Translations under genes and position numbers: made by a program | Part shown: piece by piece, positions 23,918-34,200 of the stretch | Numbering within the stretch: the first letter of the stretch is position 1 | Layout: the number at the start of each line of letters is the position of its first letter | The notes under the pieces: generated by a model | What the model was told of the DNA's origin: nothing | Seen by the model: only the letters and a program-made list of their open reading frames with translations | Databases searched by the model: none | NCBI GenBank assembly: GCA_965372715.1 | Contig: CBDVDH010000001.1 | Location: forward strand, 1-64,000 | Direction of reading: 5' to 3' | Length of the DNA: 64,000 nt | Source: an uncultured bacterium | GTDB taxonomy: Bacteria > B130-G9

Positions 23918-26161
23918 ATGCGCTCTTCATTTACAGAACTTCTGATTACTCTTTGTTTTCTAGCTTTTACGCTGCTCTCACTTTCTATCTCGGGGCATTG
24001 CGATCCAGGCATCCCTGTAACCGCAGAGGAAGCGTCGCGCGCCGCCTCAACGTACAGGGCCATTGGCGAGGCACAGTATCCGGGGTGGGGCGGGGCAGAG
24101 GTTGCCCTTGCGCGAACCTACTACGATCTAGCGTTTGATGCGAGCGCGTTTGAGTTTGCCGTTCAGAAAGGCGGCCAGCGCCTCGGACACATCGTGATAG
24201 GCGGCAATCGCGATTTCCCGCCGTTAATCGAGTATTCAAATGGGCCTTCAGCTGTTGATTTGGGCGTTGACCGCGGTTTTGTCCCGGCTGAGTCGCTGCG
24301 GGCCATAGAGTCCGGCGGGGAATGGGTCCCCGTCTATGTTGGCGGCTTCGACTATTACGTAGTCGGGCCTGATGCCCTGTCCGAGCTGGTTGATGTCGTT
24401 CAGGGCTGCCGGATTGAGCTTAGCGCTCTTCAGCGGTTTTCGGACGACTTCTCGGCTCGGCTCCAGTCGTTATCAGGGACATTCTCGAGTATGTGGGACG
24501 CAGCGCTTTCGGGCGAGGCGGTAAAGTCGCAGGATGACTATAACGTTCTGGTCGAGGCGCAGGGCTATACTTGGTATCGCGGCTGCGGCCCGACGTCCGG
24601 CGCGATGGTGCTCGGCTACTACGGCAAGGCGGGCTATCGGGAGCTTGACTACAATGCCGAATCGTTCATCTGGGATGGTCCATACACAATGACGCCCTAC
24701 ATCCCGCGTGACCTGGCCGATATGGTTGCGGACATCTGCAACGTCCCGCGTTCGGGCGGCAGGATTGATGATTATGGTGTCTATACTGAGAACTTGGCTG
24801 GCGCGATCGTCAGAGTAGCTCAGGCGCATGGTTACAAAGGCTTTCAGTGTTATCTCTACCACGACGAGCGAGATTACGACATCTATAAGGATAAGATCGA
24901 CGAGGGCGATCCGTCTGTGTTCGGCATAACAAAGATGGACCCGGGTTCTTACGATCGGCACGCGATCATGGGCTGTGGCTACAACTACAGGAATCCCGAG
25001 GCGGGACACCTCGCGATCGTTTATGACACATGGGGAACCAACCAGCGAACGGCCACTCAGGAGTACTTCATCACATATCGTCTGCTGACGGTCTATAGCC
25101 CGCTCGTTTCTGAGCAGGACTTGGACCTCTCGGCCCTGAGCTACGATTACGGCTACGTCAGCGTCGGCTGCCACAGCGACTGGGTGCTTCGCATAAGCAA
25201 TATCGGCGCCCTGCCTTTGCTCGTGAACGACCTGACGTGCGACGATCCGAGTTTCTACGTTACTACTCCGGCCTTTCCTCACACGATTGCGGCTGGCGAG
25301 AGCGTGTTCGTGAACATTCGATTTGCGCCGACGCGCAGCGCCCGCATTTCGGCCATAATGACGATTGAGACAGACGATCCCGATCCCAACGAGGAGTTCT
25401 GCGAGGTCGCGCTTACTGGGCGAGGAATTGCCAACAGCGCCCCGATGGTGAGATGTGCCGGTTTCGTCGGCGATCATCTCGCGGCGGGCGCGGCGGGAGA
25501 TGTTACGGTTCGAGCCGAGGTCTATGACCCGGACGGCGCCTCCGACGTTGCTTCGGTCCTTCTATTCATCGGCACGCTTGAGGGCGGCCAGATCAGCTCA
25601 CTGGAGCTCTTCGACGATGCTCAGCACGGCGATGCCGAGGCAGATGACGGCCTGTTCGGCAATCAATTCTGGGTCGATGCAGCGCCTGCGGGTGTCTATG
25701 TATTCGAGATCGTCGCGGAAGACGCGCGCGGCGCCTCGAGCAACGTCTGGCCCTATATGAGAATTGACGGCTCCTCGTCCTCCTCCAACGACGTTCTCTG
25801 GGGTGTGTATCCCGGGATGGGCGAGTCGGGCGACCCATACGTGGCTAACATCTACATGGCGGGCTTCGATACGACATCGATTTCGCAGGATGGAGGCGGC
25901 AAGCTCGTGTGCGTCGCGGACATCGACGATTTTCTGGACGGCTCGAGCCTCGCAAGGGCGGAGCTTCGCTTCCAGGGCGGCGGCGTCTTGAACCTGTTTG
26001 ACGACGGCCAGGGCGACGATGAGGTCGCAGGTGACGAGCGTTTCACGGGCAGCATAATGCTCACTCCCGGATACCCCACGGGCGATTACCTCCTCGAAAT
26101 AGTGGCGATCAACGAAGCCGGCCGCGAGAGTGTGCCATTCCCGTTCTACGTCGTGCGGTAA
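23918..26161 (+). CDS. Secreted papain-fold cysteine peptidase (C10/C39-like) with Ig-like choice-of-anchor domains
   Basis: Signal peptide; WYRGCGPTSGAMVLGYY (Cys), HAIMGCGY (His), VYDTWG; DYG.V...W.L.I.N.G domain; two LFDDG.HGD..A.DG-like domains. Confidence 0.75.
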   Translation: MRSSFTELLITLCFLAFTLLSLSISGHCDPGIPVTAEEASRAASTYRAIGEAQYPGWGGAEVALARTYYDLAFDASAFEFAVQKGGQRLGHIVIGGNRDFPPLIEYSNGPSAVDLGVDRGFVPAESLRAIESGGEWVPVYVGGFDYYVVGPDALSELVDVVQGCRIELSALQRFSDDFSARLQSLSGTFSSMWDAALSGEAVKSQDDYNVLVEAQGYTWYRGCGPTSGAMVLGYYGKAGYRELDYNAESFIWDGPYTMTPYIPRDLADMVADICNVPRSGGRIDDYGVYTENLAGAIVRVAQAHGYKGFQCYLYHDERDYDIYKDKIDEGDPSVFGITKMDPGSYDRHAIMGCGYNYRNPEAGHLAIVYDTWGTNQRTATQEYFITYRLLTVYSPLVSEQDLDLSALSYDYGYVSVGCHSDWVLRISNIGALPLLVNDLTCDDPSFYVTTPAFPHTIAAGESVFVNIRFAPTRSARISAIMTIETDDPDPNEEFCEVALTGRGIANSAPMVRCAGFVGDHLAAGAAGDVTVRAEVYDPDGASDVASVLLFIGTLEGGQISSLELFDDAQHGDAEADDGLFGNQFWVDAAPAGVYVFEIVAEDARGASSNVWPYMRIDGSSSSSNDVLWGVYPGMGESGDPYVANIYMAGFDTTSISQDGGGKLVCVADIDDFLDGSSLARAELRFQGGGVLNLFDDGQGDDEVAGDERFTGSIMLTPGYPTGDYLLEIVAINEAGRESVPFPFYVVR

Positions 26162-26394
26162 GACCGCGCAGAATCTGAATGTAAGCGGCATGTTTTCGGT
26201 CGGAATGTGGCCTGATGACGCAGCATTTGGCGGCGGTTGAGCGATTGCGCCTTCTCTAACCAGCCCAGCAGACCTCTGCTCAATGTTCGTCGGACGATCA
26301 ACAGGTTGGTGAGCATGCGAGATGTTTGCCTGTTCGGTGCTTTGTGTGTATAACACCCCTGAGCGTTGACATGAATTAGGTTAGGAGATGCGTC

Positions 26395-27480
26395 ATGTAC
26401 ACGTCATTTGAGATCAAGAACTTCAAGTGCTTTGAGCACCTCGAGTTAGAGGATCTTGCTCGCGTCAACCTGATATCAGGCAAGAACAACGTGGGCAAGA
26501 CCACTTTGTTGGAGGCACTCTATCATCATTCCGGCGCATATAACCCCCGATTGCTCCTTGACTTGATGCGGCTTCGGGGATGGACACAGTTTAAGGTAGA
26601 ATTATCCTCAAGCTCGACAGCGCCTTGGGATTCGTTTTTCAGAGATTTTGATACTCAAAGGCAAATCGTGCTGACAAACCGCGATAGCGTGCGGCGAGGC
26701 GCAATCACCAGATTGAGGTTCGTTCCCGAGCCTGATGACGCAGCGATACCGGCCGGAGAGCAGCGCTCTCTTATCGAAGGAATGGAGAGTGATATAACGT
26801 CGAATGAGGCTCCCTTAGCTCTGGAGCAAGTTCGCGAGGAGGGGGAGAAGATTGACAGATGTTGGCTTATGTTTAGAGATGGTGAGTTCCGCGTCAAGCC
26901 ATCCCCTCCAAGACCTCCATTTACGGCTGTTTTCGTCGGCGCTCGCATTCGCGTTGTTCATAAGTACCTTGCGGAGCGTTTCAGTAGGATCGAGGTTGAG
27001 GGCCGCCATGAGTCATTCGTGCGTTCGCTGAGAAGCATAGAACCAACCCTCCAGCGTCTCGCGGTTGTCGTATCTGGTGAAGTCGCGATGATCCACGGTG
27101 ACGTTGGTCTGGGGAGACTTGTTCCTTTGGCTGATATGGGGGGAGGTATCGTCGGATTGACGGATCTTCTGCTCGCGATTTCCCAAGCAGAGAACGGTAT
27201 GGTTCTAGTGGATGAGATCGAGAATGGCCTACACCACTCAGTTATGGGGAAGGTCTGGAAGGCAATTGGGGATGCGGCCCGGGAGTTCAGTGTGCAGGTT
27301 TTCGCCACGACCCACAGCGATGAATGCATCAAAGCGGCGATGGAAGCCTACAAAGCGGAGCAAGCAGACGATTTGTTTAGATTCCATCGGCTTGAGCGCG
27401 TTAAGGGTGAGATTCGGGCTCTGAGCTATGACCAAGAGGCTTTAAGCGGCGCGTTGGACATAGGCTTGGAGGTCCGGTGA
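26395..27480 (+). CDS. ABC-type ATPase (AAA_15/AAA_21-like)
   Basis: IKNFKCF, Walker A GKNNVGKT, signature MGGG, Walker B VLVDEIENGLH, ATTHS. Confidence 0.9.
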   Translation: MYTSFEIKNFKCFEHLELEDLARVNLISGKNNVGKTTLLEALYHHSGAYNPRLLLDLMRLRGWTQFKVELSSSSTAPWDSFFRDFDTQRQIVLTNRDSVRRGAITRLRFVPEPDDAAIPAGEQRSLIEGMESDITSNEAPLALEQVREEGEKIDRCWLMFRDGEFRVKPSPPRPPFTAVFVGARIRVVHKYLAERFSRIEVEGRHESFVRSLRSIEPTLQRLAVVVSGEVAMIHGDVGLGRLVPLADMGGGIVGLTDLLLAISQAENGMVLVDEIENGLHHSVMGKVWKAIGDAAREFSVQVFATTHSDECIKAAMEAYKAEQADDLFRFHRLERVKGEIRALSYDQEALSGALDIGLEVR

Positions 27481-28124
27481 TTGTGGACGGCAGCGCTCTC
27501 GATTGTAAGAGGATCCATGAACCCAACCTATTGGTTGTTGAGGGAAGGGAAGAAGAGCTGTTCTTCACGGAACTGATTGAACATCTGGGCCTAAGATGTC
27601 TGCAGGTTCTGGAAATAGGAGGCAAGACGCGGCTAAGAGGGCGCTTGAAAGGCCTGTTCCCTCAGAACAGGGATGACGAGCAAGTTATCTCGCTGGGAGT
27701 GGTCAGAGATGCTGACGACAGCCCGGAAGGCGCTTTGGACAGCGTGAAGAGCGCTCTAGGTGCTGCCGGCCTGGCCGTTCCAGATGCAACCTTGATCCCG
27801 GCCGGACGTAACCCTCGGGTAAGCATCATGATCCTTCCTGGGCCGGGACAGAAGGGCAAGCTAGAGGACCTTTGCCTCAAATCGGTGAAAGACACTTGCC
27901 CCATGACCTGTGTGGAGGAGCATTTTCAGCGTCTGCAGGACCAATGCGAGTTGATCCCGAAGGACATATCCAAGGCGAAGGTTGAGGTTTACCTCGGCTC
28001 CCAGGAAATCCCAGACCTACGTCTGGGTCACGCGGCGGCCAAGGGCTACTGGCCGTTCGATCACGACGCCTTTGACCAGCTGAGGGATTTCTTGAGCCAG
28101 GTCTGTGAAGTCGGGGGTGAATAG
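27477..28124 (+). CDS. DUF3226-like TOPRIM-fold protein
   Basis: LLVVEG, GVVRDAD, ILPG...GKLEDLCL, KAKV; GTGA overlap with the ATPase. Confidence 0.8.
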   Translation: MIVDGSALDCKRIHEPNLLVVEGREEELFFTELIEHLGLRCLQVLEIGGKTRLRGRLKGLFPQNRDDEQVISLGVVRDADDSPEGALDSVKSALGAAGLAVPDATLIPAGRNPRVSIMILPGPGQKGKLEDLCLKSVKDTCPMTCVEEHFQRLQDQCELIPKDISKAKVEVYLGSQEIPDLRLGHAAAKGYWPFDHDAFDQLRDFLSQVCEVGGE

Positions 28125-28224
28125 AGCCATAACCCTTACTGAGACGTACCTTTGGGCTGAGAACAAGCTGGCCCCGGGGACGCGCCGGGCGGCACGGTCC
28201 CCGACCTATCTCAATGCGTAGTTG

Positions 28225-31200
28225 TCAGTTCTTATCGTCGGGCTTTGGGAAGCGGGCAAAGCTCATCGAGGGCGAGCGTCTGCCGCTTCTGGTTGCAGTG
28301 AACGTCCAGGCGCACGATGGGATGTTGCTGAACGAGTCGAACTCTCCCGCCGGCGTCAGGACCGCAAGCCAATAGTAGGTGCCTGGCATGATTCCAGGCA
28401 GCGTGACGGAGAAGACCTCTTCCGGCCCAGTTGTCTCACCTTGCTGCAACGGGACGCTCGTCGTGAACGGCTCCGGTGTATCCGAAAGCGACGGGTAGAA
28501 TAAAGTCTCACCTGTCGGGTAGGTTACCCCGACGTAGAGGTCAACCGACTTTGCGAGCCCAGGATTTGCTATCGTCCTTGAGAGCGACATCAAGTCACCT
28601 TCTGAGAAGGAAGACCCATTGAGTGATAGGCTGAGGGTTGGCATTCCGTCGATCACAAACGCCTCAATCGCCGGGTCGCCCATGGCCGTAAGCGTTCCTT
28701 CAGCGCAGAACCCCGCCACAAAGGCATAGTCTCCCGGAGCCAGCTTAGGAAGGACGAGGTCGATGATCGTGGTTTTGCCAAGTCTGTAGCCCGGATAGAG
28801 CTGGATCGACGCAATAAACGTCCGGGGTGTCGTGGACAAGTTAGGGAAGAAGAGATGCCAGTCTTCCGGCAGAAACACCGAGACGTAGAGGTCAGCGGCT
28901 GTGCTCGGCCCCAGATACTCCGCCTCGACCTGAGCCGTCAGCCTGTCGCCCTCTTTGAACGTTGACGAGTTGAGAACGAGGCTGGGCTCGGGCTGCGCGT
29001 TCTCCTCAAAGCCCATGCCCGTTAGACTTACGTTGCAGTTGGGGGTGTTTGCGTCGTTCGAGGTTACCGTCAGCCACCCGTCGCGGGCGCCGACTTGCTG
29101 CGGTGTGAACCTGACGCTGAGCTGATAGGTCCCACGCGACTGAATCGTAATCGGAGTCATCGCGCTGCAGGAGAAGTCGCCCGATGTTCGCAGCTCGCTG
29201 ATCACCAAGGCGCTTCCGCCGGAGTTTTGTATTCTCAGAACCCAATCTTCGTATCTGCCCTGGGCGACCTCGCCGTAGTCGTGCGAAGTGTCAGAGGGGG
29301 AGATGATGGGGATTGCTGATTCGTAGCAGACGTGGCAGAGCGCCGTGTCTCCCGGCTGGCCTTGATTATTAAGAGAATCGATACCAGCCGCGCTGAACTC
29401 GTATATGCCAAATCCGTGCGCGGGTATGAACGTGAAGGTTCCTGAGGAAGAACTAGCGTATGCGTAGGACTTCCACTCGCCGCTCTTGGTACCCCCGTCG
29501 GCCCGGAATCGGTAATACAACGTTACCTGTGAGACATCTGACAGCGCGTCATACGCCTCGAACTGCACCGGAATCGGCGAGGTGGTCGTTGCCTCTGGGC
29601 ACGCCAGAGAAACCTCGGGAGGCGTCGTGTCAAAAACTGTCTTATCGGTGCCGCCGCCGCCTACTGCGCTCTCGTTGCCGGCATTGTCTTCGGCGACCGC
29701 ACAGAAGCGGTATTCACCATCGCCATCTGGCGGTGTGAATCCCCAGGCGCCGCTCTGGGAAGTGCTCGTCTCGCCAGAATCTCTCCACGAAGAGCTATAG
29801 TGGCGAAAGTAGAGTTTCACCTGCTTGACGCCGGAGCCCGTGTCGATAGTGCTGAAGTTGACTGCAATCGGGGAGCTCTTGGTCGCGGTTGGCGAGTCAC
29901 AGTAGGTTTGCGGTGGGGTAGTGTCGTAGAGGATGTTTATCTCTGGAACTGTCGGTGCGGTCTCGAGATTGCCCGCGGCATCCTCAGCCTGCGCCGCGAA
30001 ATGATACGAGCCTTCGCTCTCGGAGAATGTGTAGCTGAATGAGCCAGAGGATCGGCCTCGAAGGGCGTCAACAGGCGCCAATGAGGCTCCTTGGAAAGAT
30101 GCCCAGAGTGTGACTTTGGCGATGCCTGAATGCACATCGGAGGCCTCGAAGCTTATCTCGGTTGAGGTATCCCGCGCATACTGGGCTGCTGAGCAGTGGG
30201 CGACAGGGGGCAGGACGTCATAAACAACGTAGCATTCCGGCTGTTCGGACATTGACTCGTGGTTGCCGGCGCGATCGATGGCCCTGGCTCGGAATTCGTA
30301 TCTGCCTTGTCCCTGTGTTAGCGAGACTGTTATTGAGGCGCTGGTCGCGTGTGTTGGGGCGCCGGCTTCGGTCCAGGACTCCTCTGGCCTTCTCGTGAAC
30401 AGTTGAACCGAATCTATGCCAGACAGAGCATCGGAGGAGTGAATGTTGACTCTAACCTCTGGGGTCCGCACGTATTGTGGACACGTGCTCATCGAGGTCG
30501 GCTGGAGAAAGTCGAGGACAAATGAGGCGTCCGGCTCGCTCGTGGCGCCGCTTGTGTTGCCGGCCAGGTCGGACACGATGGCGGCAAGGTCATAGTAGCC
30601 TTCACCAAGATCAACGGTCAGGGTGGTGGCGCCTTGCGCCCCGTAGCCCTTCGTGGGATGAAGCTGCCAATCCCCGCCCTGCTTTCTGAGCCAGAAGTCT
30701 ATCTCACCCACTCCAGAGCCAAGCGGCCCGTCATCGCACAGATACTCGACGGGAACCGTGCTGCTGTTGCAGTATGGCGGGACACTGATCGAGCAGACAG
30801 GCGCGGTGGAGTCATAGACTGTGGAACAGTCGGCGATTCCGGGGCCAAGTTCCAGGTTACCGCACACGTCCTCGGCCAGAGTGTAGAACTCGTAGGTCCC
30901 GTCGCCAAGAACAGGTAAGAACGAGATGCTGGCGCTTGTGCCGCCGTCGGAAGCGCCTGAATCGGCCCACTCTGTCCAACCAAGACCATCGAAGTACCGA
31001 TACCAGAGCGCAACGTTCGCGAGGCCGCACATGCCGGTTGTCGCGACATAGGGAATATCTATGGGCGATTCGGCGTAACACGGCTCGCACGAGGCAAAAG
31101 AGTCCGGTCGCTCGCTGTCGATGAGCATCTGAGAATCGGCCTCGGTCTTCATTGGTTCCCTGTTGCCGGCGGCGTCGATTGCGAGGCTGAAGAACTGATA

Positions 31201-34200
31201 AGAGCCGTTGCCGCAGTCAGAATCGAATACGAATGTGGCCTGGGTGCTAGCCTCTTGCGACCGCCCCGAGAACTCCCAATCCTGTTCGCCGAAGCGGTAG
31301 TAGAGCTCGACCTTTGAGACGCCGGTCCCGACGGTGCCGTCCGTCGCGGAACAGCTTATCTCGGTTGGCAGATGATTCGCGAATCTCGGCGCCTTGGCCG
31401 AAGAGCAGGGGGCATCGAGGTCAACGTGAACCGTTACCGTGTTGTCGGTCGCTGGTATCTCTTCGTTGCCGGCGAGGTCTGCGCCGAGACACACAAAGGT
31501 GTAGATTTCCTGCTGGTCGATGCCTTCGACGCTGAAGGACCCTGTCGTTGACGTCGTGGAAAGCCCCGTCGGCTGCAAGTCGCTTCCCTCAAACGCGTAG
31601 AGGAGCTCAACGAAGCTGAGCCCGCTCAGAGTGTCGGCTGACGTGAATTCTAGGTGTATTGTCCCTGAACTCGCAGCCGACGGCCCACTTAGCAGCGATA
31701 CAGGCGGCGCGGTATCGAAGATGCAGTCGGCGGCTCGCCCGGCCTCGACCTGCTCAGCGTTACCGCATACATCCCGGCTTGTGGCGCAGAACTCGTAGAT
31801 GCCCTGTCCATGCACGGGCTCGAAGTGCAAGATGCCCGCGTCGCCCTCGACCACCTGGCCACTTTCGGTCCAGTTAGGAGCCCACGTGCTGTCGGGCTGT
31901 CTGAAACGATAGTGAAGCGCGATGTCCACGGGTTCAGTTGTGGCGTCGTTGGCTTGAAGCTCGATCTCGACGGGCGAGTCTGACACGTAAGGTTCGACGA
32001 GGCATATTGATTGTGGTGGCGTCGTGTCGAACGTTACCTCGATCTGGGCGCTGCCGGGCGTCTCAAGGTTGCCGGCCACATCCTCGGCCTGTGAGTAGAA
32101 CTTATACCAGCCTTCGCCGTCGGGTGGAACGAAATCAATTGTTCCTTCGCTGCCCTGGCCGCCATCGTCGGCCTCTTGCCAGTCCGAGACGGCGGAACTG
32201 AAGAACAGATACACACCAACGATGCCCGAGCTGCATCCTGCGTCCGACGCGACGAAGTCAATGGCAATCGTCTCAGAGGACGCACAATCCGGCGCCTCAA
32301 TCAGCGATGTTGGCCGCGTGGAGTCGAGCACCGTGTCCACGTCGGCATCTTCCTTTTGCTCGACGTTGCCGGTTGTGTCCTCCGCAATCGACTTGAACTG
32401 ATACAGACCCTCGCCGTGCTGCATCTCGAAGGCAAAATCACCATTCGCTTCGGTCGCTGTCTGGCCGCTTTCGGTCCAGTCGATGTCCCACGTCTCGCCG
32501 CAGTTGGAGCTGAATCTATAGAGCAGCGACACCAAATGTAGGTCGTCCGTCCCTGAAACGCCGTAGTGCAGCTGAATTGGGCCCTCGTTGACGGCTGTAG
32601 GCCCTTCAAGCGTTGACGACGGGGCCGCGTTGTCGAAACGTGTGCTCGTTTTGACGTCAAAAGAACCGGCAGTGGAGTTGCCTGCGCGGTCGGTTACAAG
32701 CGCGCAGAAGTCATAGGTCCCGTCGCCGTCTTGAGGCGTAAAGGAAAAGGCGCCTGTTATCTCATCTGAGTTCAGACCCGAGGACTGCCAATCTCCGTCT
32801 TCAAAGCGGAAGTAGAGCTCGATTGCGTCAGGCCCACTTCCTGCCTCGCCGTCATTGACCTCAAAGCTCACGTCGATGAGCGAGCCGTTAGCAAACTCTG
32901 GTGATGAGAGCTGATAGGATGGCACAGTCTCATCATATATACGCCACGCGTCCGCAGAACTCGGCGGCGACTCGATCGTGCCGGCGTTGTTCTCGGTAAT
33001 TGTGTAGAACTCGTATTTGCCTTCTCCGTGGCTCGCCACGAAGTCAAAGCTTCCGAACGGCGTGTCGCGCGTCTCACCCAGGTCAGTCCAATCCGTGGAC
33101 CAGCTCGAACCGCCGTCGGAGCTGAACCGGTAGAAAAGTGACACACTCGCAATGCCGCTTTCGCGGCCTGTTGCCTCGTATCCTACCGTAATCTCCGTCG
33201 ATGCGCCGTAGTTTGTGCAGAAAGCGAACGATATCGGGACCTGGTCGTCAAAGACGAGCGTGGCCTCGGGTTCGTAAACCAATGATTCCGCGTTGCCCGC
33301 AAAGTCCTTTGAGGCGGCGAAGAACTGGTATTCCCCGTTGCCCTCTGTCGGCGAGAACCAGACTGTGCCTGATGTGCCCTCAGCCTGCAGGCCCGTTAGC
33401 GTCCAGGCTCCACCGTCGAATTGATACCAGAACACAAGCGATGCAATGCCCGAGCCGATAGTGCCGTCGGTGGCCGCGAAGTCCAGGCCCAACGGGAGCT
33501 CAGTCGCGAATTCCGCGCAGGAGACGGTCGCAACGGGAAGACCCGTGTCCAGAATAACCTGCTGGTCGGCTGCTTCCTTGGCCTCCTGATTGCCGGCGTT
33601 GTCTGTCGAAAGCGTCATTAGCTCATATAGGCCGTCCCCATGCCCGGCGCCGAACGTCAGGACACCGGTGCTGGCCTGGGAGTAAGTGCCGCTGTCGGTC
33701 CAGTCGGAGGTGAAGGTCTCGCCGTTGTCGTCGGAGTAGTGGAACCACAGCCTCACGATGGCGATGCCTGACAGGTCGTCATCGGTTTCGAAGACCGAGT
33801 TGATCGATGCTGTTGAGGCGTATTCTGGCGAGAAGAGATACGAAATGGGCAGCGTTAGGTCGTAGATCGTCTGACAGTCGCTCTCCGAGGGCGGGTCCTC
33901 GACGTTGTCCATAGTGTCGATGCCTATCGTGTAGAACTGATAGATACCCTCGCCGTGGTAGCTTAGTGGAGCGAAATCGAACGTCCCTTCGTCGGTGTAT
34001 GCCCTTAGCCCGCTGTCAGCATAGTCGGTCCAGTCGCACGGATCCTGCTCGGTGTAGCGATAGTAGAGCTGAACCTCCTTGATGCCGCTTGAATCGTGCG
34101 CCTCGAACGAGACTGGTATTGGGTCTGTGTTCTGATATTCGGGGGACGAGGCGCTGGATGTGGGCTTCTCGGTGATGAAGTCGGTTGCACTGTCCGCCGC

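Noticed and set aside
24473-26356. 334-aa and 252-aa minus-strand ORFs
   Set aside because: Antisense shadows of the secreted peptidase gene
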